Origin: a bacterium
GTDB lineage: Bacteria; Electryoneota; Electryoneia; Electryoneales; Electryoneaceae
Length of the DNA stretch: 64,000 nucleotides
Reading direction: 5' to 3'
NCBI GenBank assembly: GCA_963669175.1
Contig: OY769902.1
Location: 4,544,001 to 4,608,000, forward strand
Position numbers and translations under genes: made by a program. Shown here piece after piece: positions 9,101 through 16,907 of this stretch (the stretch's first letter is position 1; each line of letters begins with the position of its first letter). Under the pieces are notes generated by a model, which was not told where the DNA came from, made no database searches, and was given only the letters and a program-made list of their open reading frames with translations.

Positions 9101-11915
9101 GAACATAGAGCTGGTCCGCCAACTTGTCCAGGCACATGCCTACTGGCGTTTGAAGGGACTGGTGGTTGACCTCGTGATCTGGAACGAAGATAATGCCGGC
9201 TACCGGCAACTTCTCCACGACAAGATCACGGACCTCATCGCCGCGGCCAGCGATGCCGCCATGACCGATAAGCCGGGTGGCATTTATGTGCGTCCCGTGG
9301 ATCAGATTGCCGAGGATGACCGCATTCTAATCCAAACCGTGGCGCATATCATTCTCACTGACCGGCGGGGTTCACTGGCAGAGCAGATGGGTGGCCAACA
9401 GTCCCTGGTCAAGATGCCGCCGCTCCTCGATGACACTCCTCCAGAACGGCCAGAGCACAAAGTGGTTGCTCCGCAGTCCCGAAGCGATTTGACGTTCTTC
9501 AACGGTCTGGGTGGATTCACGCAGGATGGACGGGAATATGTGATTACTACCGGGCGCGGGCGGATGACTCCGGCACCGTGGGTGAATGTACTGGCCAACC
9601 CAACCTTTGGGACTGTCGTTTCCGAAAGCGGTATGGGCTACACCTGGAGCGAAAATGCTCACGAGTTTCGCCTCACCCCCTGGGGAAACGATCCTGTGAG
9701 CGATGCAAGTGGGGAAGCCTTCTACCTGCGAGACGAAGACCGGGGCACTTACTGGTCGCCCACTCCTCTTCCATGTTGTGGCACGACACCGTATGTCAGC
9801 CGTCACGGATTCGGATATAGCGTGTTTGAACACGAAGAACACGGCATTCGTTCCGAAATGTGGGTTTATGTGGCGATGGACGCCGCTGTCAAATTTACGG
9901 TCCTGACCGTACGTAACATGTCAAGCCGAACTCGCCACCTATCGGCGACAGGTTATGTCGAGTGGGTACTTGGCGGACTGAAACCGAAATCGGCCCAGCA
10001 CGTAATCACAGAAATTGATCTGCACACCAATGCCCTCATGGCTCGCAATCCTTACAACACGGATTTTCCGGAGCGGACGGCCTTCTTTGAAGTTGACGAG
10101 GCGGCCAGCACGCGAAGTGGCGATCGAACAGAATTCATCGGTCGAAACGGCACACTTCGATCTCCTGCAGCGATGCGACGGACGGAGCTTTCGGGTAGAG
10201 TCGGGGCAGCTCTCGATCCCTGCGGCGCCATTCGTGTCAGATTCGATCTTGAAGCTGGACAGGAACAGCAGATTGTCTTTCGCCTGGGGATGGGTACAAC
10301 TCGAGATGACACTCGGAATTTGATCCGCCGATTTCGAGGAGGGATTGCCGCTCGAGAAGCTCTCGAGAGCGTTTGGCAGCATTGGACCCATACACTGGGT
10401 GCGGTGAATGTCGAAACACCCGATCCATCCCTGAATGTCCTGGTCAATGGCTGGCTGCTCTACCAGACTCTGGCCTGCCGCCTGTGGGCGCGAAGCGCGT
10501 TCTACCAGTCGGGGGGAGCGTTCGGCTATCGTGACCAGCTTCAGGATGTGATGGCGCTGGTCCATAGTCGGCCTCAGCTCACCCGCCAGCATCTGCTGCT
10601 CTGCGCTGCCCACCAGTTCACTGAAGGCGACGTGCAACACTGGTGGCATCCACCAACGGACAGAGGTGTGCGAACTCACTGTTCCGACGACTACCTCTGG
10701 TTGCCTCTCGCCACAAGCCGCTATGTCCTCGCCACCGGAGACACCGGCGTGCTCGATGAAATGGTCAGTTTCCTCAGCGGCCGGGAAGTTCCGGCGGAAG
10801 AGGATTCCTATTTCGACTTGCCTACACGTTCAGATGAGATCGCCACTCTTTACGAACACTGCGTTCGCGCCATTCAGAACGGACTCAAATTCGGCTCTCA
10901 CGGTCTGCCGCTTATCGGATCCTGCGACTGGAATGACGGCATGAACCTGGTCGGGGATCAGGGCAAGGGAGAAAGCATATGGTTGGCGTTCTTCCTCGTT
11001 GACGTGCTCCATCGTTTTTCCGGACTCGCCCGAGCGCGCGGTGACCTGACTTTTGCAGAGCTGTGTGATAGCCAGGCGGTGACCATCGGCAGGAACATTG
11101 ACGAGCAGGGTTGGGATGGTGAGTGGTACCGCCGCGCTTATTTCGACGATGGCACCCCCCTCGGTTCCGCCACGAACGAAGAGTGCCAGATCGATTCCAT
11201 TGCGCAAAGCTGGTCGGTTCTATCGGGCGCGGGAGATCAGGCACGTTCCCGAACGGCGATGGATTCCCTGGAGAAATGGCTGGTCCGCCAAGATTTGGGA
11301 ATTGTCCAACTGCTCGACCCGCCATTTAATGCATCAGCGATGAACCCTGGTTATATCAAGGGATATGCCCCGGGCATCCGAGAGAATGGTGGACAGTACA
11401 CCCACGCCGCCATCTGGGCGGCAATGGCATTCGCGAAGATGGGCGATGAACGGCATGCCTGGGAGCTCTTCCGAATCATCAATCCAGTCAACCATGCCCG
11501 TTCTGAAGATGAATCCGCGATTTATATGGTGGAGCCATACGTCGTCGCTGCGGATGTCTACGCTGTGACGCCTCATGTCGGTCGCGGTGGTTGGACCTGG
11601 TATACTGGCGCTGCCGGGTGGATGTATACACTGATTGTGGAATCGCTGCTCGGTGTCACACTCGAGGTGGATAAGCTACGGATCAAACCATGCCTGCCAC
11701 CGGAATGGAAGAGCTTCGGACTCCACTATCGACATTGGGAAACAACCTATCATATCGATTTTAAGCAGATCGTCAGCGATGTAGATGTCCTTGAGATTGT
11801 CGTTGATGGAAAACCACAGGCCGACAACACCATTCCACTCCAGAACGACAAGAACGAACACTATGTCAAAATCAAGCTTTCAACCATTCAAAAAAACTCA
11901 CTCCATTCGGTGTAA
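3141..11915 (+). CDS. ndvB: Cyclic beta-1,2-glucan synthase (GT84 + GH94 phosphorylase; NdvB/ChvB/Cgs family)
   Basis: About 2900 aa. Motifs AGEWLLDNFYLIEEQ, GELWAIPIMLRLALIENLRR, MGYERKRGKL, ITLDTDT, LSHDLLEG, RWIRGDWQ, SWSGSMFEYLMP, YQSGGAFGYRDQLQD, DWNDGMN, ENGGQYTH, GGWTWYTG. Start uncertain (3066 in ORF track, or 3141). Confidence 0.93.
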   Translation: MMMASGIETARKTFLRILATFQVKKLVQTPATVVQPLRSELFSADQMERHGRILANLHQTKHSRSRDHLLPRLAENEIKLLEVQRCLEEDIRIDRRITPAGEWLLDNFYLIEEQIRTAKKYLPKQYSRELPYIENGPSAGLPRVFDLAFETIAHGDGRVDPENLSRFVSAYQSEVPLQLGELWAIPIMLRLALIENLRRVADRIFADLTNRNHAEHWAEQMIEVAANHPTQLILVIADMARSNPPMESSFVAELTRLLQGHGPALALPLTWMEQQLSESGVTVEQLVRAENQNQSTDQVTMSNSVGSLRFLGTMDWHEFVETMSTVEQILSQDPVDLYSRMEFDTRDQYRHVVEKVARRSPLSESEVAGVAIELARQGSTREGAASRESHVGYYLIDKGLPLLERQTSMRLSPVARLGRLLSRFSVPLYASAIFLFAVITTAGFLAKASSGGLHGWVLVPLAALFLIAASPLAVGLVNWLMTLTTNPSPLPRMDYSHGIPSEFRTLAVIPTMLTSAASIDALVEALEVCYLGNRDQHLHFGLLTDFRDANKETLPEDQPLLQQVQHGIEKLNHKYRSFAGNTFFLFHRPRRWNPREGMWMGYERKRGKLLDLNRMLRGGDTTPFAVIIGDVSVLSNVKYIITLDTDTQLARDTARQFIGTMTHPLNRPFYDEKHERVVAGYGILQPRLAVSLAGTRWSRYARMCTTESGIDPYTRAVSDVYQDLFGEGSFIGKGIYDVDAIERTLADRFPENRILSHDLLEGCYARSGLLSDVQLYENYPSAYFADVNRRYRWIRGDWQIAQWALPLVPNKTGHTVKNPLSALSMVKIFDNLRRSVTSAGLTLLLLLGWFVLVDARFWTLAVIGIVILPTLLAYPLTLLRKPGDQTLAQHLSAEFQVVANRLLRDVFTLVCLPFEAAYSLDAIARTLWRMVISHRRLMQWNPSSDDSQSDQVDIARSVRKMWSGPFVAIVAFIGLVLFDPAALMFAALLLGLWFFSPIIVWWMSRPPGRRLEKLSADQIVYLNKLARKTWSFFETFVGPEDHWLPPDNYQEQPVSAVAHRTSPTNIGLSLLAALAAYDFGMISAGKLIDRTAHTFATMASLERYKGHFFNWYDTQTLKPLSNYISSVDSGNLAGHLLTLHPGLLGLIEEKIVGPRVFDSLRTSLEILRDTMAVSQRPVSLDPLDELQQILTAARTPPASLIETKQLLQKLVTSSSHLIAHLEISQSAPQGDELDWARAFAVQCADILDDLTELAPWIGVEFPQQAGDRISSLDSIPTLLEVAALSGKLQPEFDLFHQIDESEENGSEVAELERLVVEGSQHAAARIAMVQMLATQSQDMSQMDVRFLYNESRHLLTIGHNAGKQEQDASCYDLLASEARFSCFVAIAQGQLPQKSWFSLGRLLTNVGGDPALLSWSGSMFEYLMPLLVMPTYPQTLLDQTCRAVVARQIDYGNKSGVPWGISESGYNAIDAQRNYQYRAFGVPGLGLQRGLAQDLVIAPYASALALMISPLAACENLERLSGAGYESRFGLYEAIDFTPSRLPRGKSNAIVHSFMAHHQGMSLLSLARLLLDQPMQKRFASNPQFQATMLLLQERIPKLTSSYKPTTGSSKLILASDSSEIPIRVFTTPDTANPQVQLLSNGRYHVMITNAGGGYSRWKDIAVTRWNEDRTCDNWGNFCYLRDVDSGDMWSATYQPALKSSPQFEAVFSEGRAEFRGSDHSFDTYCEIAVSPEDDIEMRRVRVTNRAKTRRVLEVTSYAEVVLAPAIADALHPAFSNLFVQTEILSHERAILCTRRPRSPDEKAPWMMHLMTVHGADVMGVSYETDRMKFIGRGNTVVNPAALTDIAAGGSGGLSNSEGSVLDPIVAIQYRIALDPGESATVYMVTGIGGTRETALGLVERYRDRRLADRVFDLIWAHGQVLLRQLNAMESDAQLYLRLASSIIYPNAVLRAPQSIILKNRRGQSGLWGYAISGDLPIVLLQIEDPANIELVRQLVQAHAYWRLKGLVVDLVIWNEDNAGYRQLLHDKITDLIAAASDAAMTDKPGGIYVRPVDQIAEDDRILIQTVAHIILTDRRGSLAEQMGGQQSLVKMPPLLDDTPPERPEHKVVAPQSRSDLTFFNGLGGFTQDGREYVITTGRGRMTPAPWVNVLANPTFGTVVSESGMGYTWSENAHEFRLTPWGNDPVSDASGEAFYLRDEDRGTYWSPTPLPCCGTTPYVSRHGFGYSVFEHEEHGIRSEMWVYVAMDAAVKFTVLTVRNMSSRTRHLSATGYVEWVLGGLKPKSAQHVITEIDLHTNALMARNPYNTDFPERTAFFEVDEAASTRSGDRTEFIGRNGTLRSPAAMRRTELSGRVGAALDPCGAIRVRFDLEAGQEQQIVFRLGMGTTRDDTRNLIRRFRGGIAAREALESVWQHWTHTLGAVNVETPDPSLNVLVNGWLLYQTLACRLWARSAFYQSGGAFGYRDQLQDVMALVHSRPQLTRQHLLLCAAHQFTEGDVQHWWHPPTDRGVRTHCSDDYLWLPLATSRYVLATGDTGVLDEMVSFLSGREVPAEEDSYFDLPTRSDEIATLYEHCVRAIQNGLKFGSHGLPLIGSCDWNDGMNLVGDQGKGESIWLAFFLVDVLHRFSGLARARGDLTFAELCDSQAVTIGRNIDEQGWDGEWYRRAYFDDGTPLGSATNEECQIDSIAQSWSVLSGAGDQARSRTAMDSLEKWLVRQDLGIVQLLDPPFNASAMNPGYIKGYAPGIRENGGQYTHAAIWAAMAFAKMGDERHAWELFRIINPVNHARSEDESAIYMVEPYVVAADVYAVTPHVGRGGWTWYTGAAGWMYTLIVESLLGVTLEVDKLRIKPCLPPEWKSFGLHYRHWETTYHIDFKQIVSDVDVLEIVVDGKPQADNTIPLQNDKNEHYVKIKLSTIQKNSLHSV

Positions 11916-11949
11916 CAATAGACACCCTTACGCTGAGGGGGGCTTTTTA

Positions 11950-12340
11950 AAATCGACAACGTACATCCCGATGGCACGGGGGGGGAATCTTGGCCTGGTA
12001 CAGTCGCAAAGTGCCTACGTGGCGGCTTTCCAAGACGCTGGACGCGGAGTTCTACTTGGGAGCACTTCAGAGCGATGCGTTTACGATGGCTGGATAGATT
12101 ACGGCGCGAAGATCAGCATGGACGGCAAGGGCCGCTGAATCAACAACCACTTCGTCGAACGGTTGTGACGAAGTGTGAAGCACGAAGAGGTGTACGTGAA
12201 GGCGTACGAGAGTGGCTGGGTGGCGAACGGGATCTGGCGGACGTTTTACTTTTTACAACGCGAAGCGTCCACACAGAACGTTCAACGATCAGACGCCGAA
12301 CTAGATCTATTTTGGAAAGTCGAAAGTGCATCCGGAGGAG
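11950..12340 (+). pseudogene. IS3-family transposase remnant
   Basis: Broken fragments TYIPMARG, ISMDGKGR, FVERL and SVKHEEVYVKAYE in shifting frames with stops. Confidence 0.75.
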
Positions 12341-12593
12341 ATTCGTGCTGCCTGATTCTCCTCAAAGTTCCTCCGCTGTGGCGATGGTTGTGATGAGCAC
12401 CGTGCTGGCCATAGGAAGCTGGGCCTTCCCGCACAAGCTGAATGCCGCGATGATGCTGGTCACCGCCGAGACCTGCCAGCTCTAGCCGCTGGCCGTGCGC
12501 AATCTGCTCAGGGTGGACCGAATAACATGACAGTATGACAGTACGACGGAGTATGAGCTGACGAAACCGAACATAGCGAGTAGGAGAATAGAG

Positions 12594-13523
12594 ATGAAGA
12601 TCGTCACCCTGACAATGAATCCGGCCATTGACGCCACCTGCGAGGTGGAGAATGTCAAGTCGGAGGATAAGCTGCGAACCAGCGCGCCAAGCTACGAGCC
12701 GGGCGGCGGCGGCATCAATGTCTCCCGCGCGATTCGCAAGCTCGGCGGCGAGTCCCGCGCCATCTACCCCGAGGGCGGGTTCAAGGGCAACCTGCTGCGA
12801 AAACTGATCGAAGATGAGGGGGTGACGCACACGCCCGTCGAATTCGAGGGCATGACGCGAGAGAACCTGACAGTCAACGAATCCAGCAGCAAGGCGCAAT
12901 ACCGGTTTACCATGCCTGGTCCCGAGGTTGGACGGGATGTCCAGGAACGTTGTCTTGAGGCGCTCGTCGAGGGCGAGGCGCCGGAGATCATCGTCGCAAG
13001 CGGCAGCCTCCCGCGTGCGGTGGACGAGGACTTCTACGCACGGGTGGCGTGCAAGGCTAAAGAGCTGGGCGCGAAGCTCGTCGTGGACACTAAGGGCCTG
13101 CCGCTCTACCGCGCCGTCGAACAGGGCGTGTACATGATCAAGCCGAACATGCGGGAGGTCAACGACCTGACCGGCGAAGAGATCGACAGCGAGGAGAAAC
13201 TGATAAGACTGGCCGGGGAGATCTTCGATAAGAAACGTGCCGAGGTGATCGTCATCTCGCTCGGCGCGGGAGGCGCGCTGTTTATCCACGATGGCAAGGT
13301 TCGGCCCATCCGAACACCCACCGTGCCGATCCGCAGCAAGGTCGGAGCGGGCGACAGCATGGTTGCGGGTATGGTGCTGAAGGTGGTGGAGGGCTGGGAC
13401 GCTTGGAACGCAGCGGTGTACGGTGTCGCTGCTGGCGCGGCGGCAGTGCAGACTCCCGGCACGGAGCTCTGCCGCCGCGAAGATACCGAGGAGCTCTATG
13501 AGAGAATAAAAAAAGAGCTCTGA
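12594..13523 (+). CDS. pfkB: PfkB-family hexose kinase (1-phosphofructokinase / 6-phosphofructokinase II-like)
   Basis: IVTLTMNPAID, PGGGGINVSRAI, ASGSLP, IKPN, SLGAGGA, VGAGDSMVAG; AGGAG RBS. Confidence 0.9.
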   Translation: MKIVTLTMNPAIDATCEVENVKSEDKLRTSAPSYEPGGGGINVSRAIRKLGGESRAIYPEGGFKGNLLRKLIEDEGVTHTPVEFEGMTRENLTVNESSSKAQYRFTMPGPEVGRDVQERCLEALVEGEAPEIIVASGSLPRAVDEDFYARVACKAKELGAKLVVDTKGLPLYRAVEQGVYMIKPNMREVNDLTGEEIDSEEKLIRLAGEIFDKKRAEVIVISLGAGGALFIHDGKVRPIRTPTVPIRSKVGAGDSMVAGMVLKVVEGWDAWNAAVYGVAAGAAAVQTPGTELCRREDTEELYERIKKEL

Positions 13524-13539
13524 TACCCATCGTTATGAC

Positions 13540-14875
13540 TGTGCCTCGTCAAAATTCTGTCCGCCGCAACACCATTGATTATCAGCGGTTTCGCTGATAC
13601 CTTAGTTTTATGATAAACTCACTCAAAACCCTGGTACGGTCGATCCGAAATTGGTTTCAATCTCGGAACCAATTGGTATTGGAAAATCTGCTGCTGCGAC
13701 ATCAGATCGCAATACTCCAACGTAAAAAAAAAGCCAAGTCTAAATAAATCCGATAGAGCGATACTTCTTCTCTTTACCAAGCTCCTGAAGAGCTGGAAAG
13801 ATGCCCTTGTCATCGTGAAACCGGAAACGATTATCAAATGCCACAGACAGGGATTCAGACTGTTCTGGCGCTGGAAAAGCCGTCCGCGTAAGAAAGGCAG
13901 GAATCCCATCAATCCCGAGGTCAGGAAACTGATTCGTGACATGAGCCGGGCGAATCCGATCTGGGGTGCGCCACGCATTCATGGCGAGCTGATGAGATTA
14001 GGAATCGTGGTTTCCGAGGCCACTGTGAGCAGGTACATGGTCAAACAAAAGAAACCACCATCACAGACTTGGCGCACCTTCCTGGACAACCATGTGAAAG
14101 ATCTCGTGTCAATTGATTTTCTCGTCGTGCCGACGGTTAATTTCAGGCTGCTCTACGTCCTGGTTGTGCTGTCCCACGAACGCCGCAGGATAGTTCATTT
14201 CAATGTCACCGATTCTCCCACCGCTGCGTGGACTGGACAGCAGATCATTGAAGCGTTTCCATACGACACAGCGCCAAAATACCTGATAAGAGATAACGAT
14301 AAGATCTATGGTTTTGACTTCAAGGAGAAAGTCAAAGCCTGTGGCATTACGCCAATAAGGACAGCGTACCGTTCCCCCTGGCAAAATGCGTATTGTGAGC
14401 GAGTGATCGGCACTCTGCGAAGGGATTGCCTTGACCACATCCTCATTTTCAGTCGACGACAGCTGATGCGTGTTCTTAGTGAGTACGTGGATACCTACTA
14501 CAACACCGAGCGAACACACCTGTCACTTGGCAAAGATTCACCTGAGTCGAGGGAGATCCAGAATCCTGCGACAGGACGCATTGTCGAGATACCGATCCTC
14601 GGCGGCTTGCACCACAGGTATTTCCGGAAAGCTGCTTGATCGTTGGTGTAGTAGCTGTCAGGTCGGAAGTCGAGTTTGTCGTTGGGTTGGTGAGCTAATC
14701 TGCGGGATACTCTGTCTCAGATCTTCGAATTGTGTGATTTCCACTCCATCTCGTCCTCGATTCTTCTTCGTCACTCCTTACCCGAGGGATTTTTTCATAC
14801 GAATCGATTCATTTTCGTCCTGGTTTGAGATTCTCACCCTGAATTTGTGCACAGATTGCATTTTGACGAGGGACA
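13540..14875 (+). mobile_element. IS with integrase-core transposase, copy B (diverged relative of copy A)
   Basis: IRs TGTGCCTCGTCAAAAT (13540) and TGCATTTTGACGAGGGACA (ending 14875). ORF 13815-14639 nearly matches copy A; N-terminus is out of frame at an A9 run (13724-13732). Confidence 0.9.
13815..14639 (+). CDS. Integrase-core transposase, catalytic part; N-terminus frameshifted
   Basis: NPIWGAPRIHGEL, YLIRDND, SPWQNAYCERVIGTLRRDC, LGGLHHRY. Confidence 0.8.
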   Translation: MKPETIIKCHRQGFRLFWRWKSRPRKKGRNPINPEVRKLIRDMSRANPIWGAPRIHGELMRLGIVVSEATVSRYMVKQKKPPSQTWRTFLDNHVKDLVSIDFLVVPTVNFRLLYVLVVLSHERRRIVHFNVTDSPTAAWTGQQIIEAFPYDTAPKYLIRDNDKIYGFDFKEKVKACGITPIRTAYRSPWQNAYCERVIGTLRRDCLDHILIFSRRQLMRVLSEYVDTYYNTERTHLSLGKDSPESREIQNPATGRIVEIPILGGLHHRYFRKAA

Positions 14876-15260
14876 ATGTACGCCTTCATGAACAAACACT
14901 GAATCAGAGGTGAAGCTACAACTGTCAACCATTGTGAAAACAGGATTGCTACCAATTGCTACTATCCCCACGGAACAGTTACTAAATTCACAATGTGTAA
15001 TAGCATTATTCAAGCTTGTTTTTTGATCAATTGCTGGCTCACAAGATTCGAATATACAATATGATATCTCTGAATTAACTGAAGAATTTTTCATAAGTTG
15101 TATGGTTGGACCAACTGTTCCCAGTCGTCCGGAAGTAAACATAATCGGATGATTCTCTGTGCCAATAGCAGTAATCTCGCCTTCAACAATGAATTTACAC
15201 CCATCTCCTGCAATATAGGATCCTGGTAAAATAGTGAGTGAACCGCCAGCTAGGATGTGT
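14876..15260 (-). pseudogene. Internal fragment of a right-handed beta-helix secreted protein
   Basis: Open frame reads GSLTILPGSYI...FIVEGEITAIGTENHPIMFTS...ISYCIFE...ITHCEFSNC; cut by IS4 on one side and IS copy B on the other. Confidence 0.65.
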
Positions 15261-16563
15261 CACTGCTGTCCGGTTAATTGAGCATTGTTCTTGATTGCTG
15301 TTTTCGTTTTTGTTTTTCGATATCGCTTGTTCTTTGAAAGTCTTGCCACGCTTTGGCTACAGGGATACAGATCAGCAGATGTGTGCTGATAAATACCAAG
15401 AGTTGATGAGTAGTGATTGCCTCGTCGGCGTTCTTTTGCAACACTCTTAGCAGGAGAAAGACGATCATGGCAACCCAGATTTGCGACATCACTGCATTTT
15501 CGGATGTCCCCAGAAAAGACTTGATTTTCAGGTTCTGTTTCACCCATTTGAAGAACAGTTCAATCTGCCAGCGTTGCTTGTAGAGCTGCGCAATGGTCAA
15601 CGCGTCTATTTCCAACAAGTTTGTCAGAAACCACAATTCCTTTTTTGTTTCCGGATCGGTGAAGTGTACCAGGCGCAAGGGATCAGGATAGTGGTCTGCC
15701 GGGGTTCCGTCAAAATGACCAATCCAGTCACCACGGACACCTGTTCCGGCTTCCACCTTTCGTTTTTCGGTCCATTCAAAGCCGACGTTGCTTTTCATGC
15801 GTGTGACGAAAAAGGCCTGGTTGCGATTGATCCTGGCAAACCAGGCGCTGTCGAAGTAGCCACGGTCAACCAGATAGGTTGTGCCTGACGTAATGGGCAT
15901 GGTTCGCGCCGCCCCGATATCGCTGACCTTGCCGTCGGTGATGACAATGTCTTGTGGAATAAGCCCGTCATGATCCAGTAGGGTGTGCAGTTTCAGAGCA
16001 CCTTTTGTTGTGCGGTATTTTGCCCAGGGCAACCGTTCCAGGCATACCGGAATCAGCGTGCTGTCAAGCGAAAGAAGTTTACCGGGAACGGGAAAATCAT
16101 GCTTGGAAAACCTGTCACAGAAAAGGGCGAATAATGCCTGAAACAGTTCGTAGTAAAATCGCCAGTTAATCCGCTTGTTCGCTTCTGCCAGGGTCGACTT
16201 CTTTACATTGACCAAGGGGTCCATTGAGAACAGGGATGCCGTTGCATGCTGAATATCGCGTGTCGACTTCAATCCCGCCAACTGTGCGAACATCAGAACC
16301 GCAAAATGGGTGGATGCCGTAAACACAGAGGCATATTTATCAACATGATACTTCGTGGCAAGCTTGTCAAAGAGCTCGTTGGGTACAAGCTTTTGTATCT
16401 GCATCAATACGGTTGTAGATTGAGCCATGACTTGCATCCTCCGTTGATGAGAATGTGTGTGCAAACTCAATCTTACCAACGGTACCTTGTGATGCAAGTC
16501 TTTATTATTATACAATCTCCGGGATAGTTACACGAAATCGTGATAACCTACCGGACAGCAGTG
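15261..16563 (-). mobile_element. IS4-family insertion sequence
   Basis: Perfect IRs CACTGCTGTCCGGT (15261-15274) and ACCGGACAGCAGTG (16550-16563); no target duplication visible. Confidence 0.9.
15274..16428 (-). CDS. IS4-family transposase (DUF4372 + DDE_Tnp_1)
   Basis: SLDSTLI, WAKYRTTKGALKLH, VDRGYFD, LYKQRWQIELFFKWVKQNLKIKSFLGTSENAV; start MAQSTT with GGAGG RBS. Confidence 0.92.
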   Translation of the reverse strand: MAQSTTVLMQIQKLVPNELFDKLATKYHVDKYASVFTASTHFAVLMFAQLAGLKSTRDIQHATASLFSMDPLVNVKKSTLAEANKRINWRFYYELFQALFALFCDRFSKHDFPVPGKLLSLDSTLIPVCLERLPWAKYRTTKGALKLHTLLDHDGLIPQDIVITDGKVSDIGAARTMPITSGTTYLVDRGYFDSAWFARINRNQAFFVTRMKSNVGFEWTEKRKVEAGTGVRGDWIGHFDGTPADHYPDPLRLVHFTDPETKKELWFLTNLLEIDALTIAQLYKQRWQIELFFKWVKQNLKIKSFLGTSENAVMSQIWVAMIVFLLLRVLQKNADEAITTHQLLVFISTHLLICIPVAKAWQDFQRTSDIEKQKRKQQSRTMLN

Positions 16564-16880
16564 ATGTTGAGACCATCAACGCTAAGGTTACTAAAAAATC
16601 CCCTGGAAATTATGCATTGGGCAACAAGGACAATGAAGGTTCCTTTCTAGTTGGGTATGTCGGTCGTGCAGACCAGGATCTTAATGCACGTCTGAAGTCA
16701 TGGGTGAGTAAAACGAAACGACCTCTTTTCAAGTACAGTTATGCCTCGTCAGCCAAAGCCGCATTTGAAAAAGAATGCGAAAACTATCACGACTTTGATC
16801 CACTTGGAAACGATATTCACCCTGATCGCCCCGATGGCACTGATTGGGGATGCCCCTGCTGCGACACTTTTAACGACTGA
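16564..16880 (+). CDS. Small GIY-YIG-like protein with C-terminal CxxC, probably 5'-truncated by IS4
   Basis: PGNYALG...YVGRADQDLNARL...FEKECENYHDF...HPDRP...CPCC. The ORF-track N-terminus lies inside the IS4 end. Confidence 0.55.
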
Positions 16881-16907
16881 ATCAACTATAATAATGCGGA
16901 GATAGTT

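Noticed and set aside
4626-10679. Long antisense ORFs (394, 290, 246 aa and others) within ndvB
   Set aside because: Shadow ORFs of a GC-rich, well-supported gene.
12282-13289. 335-aa minus-strand ORF
   Set aside because: Antisense shadow of pfkB.
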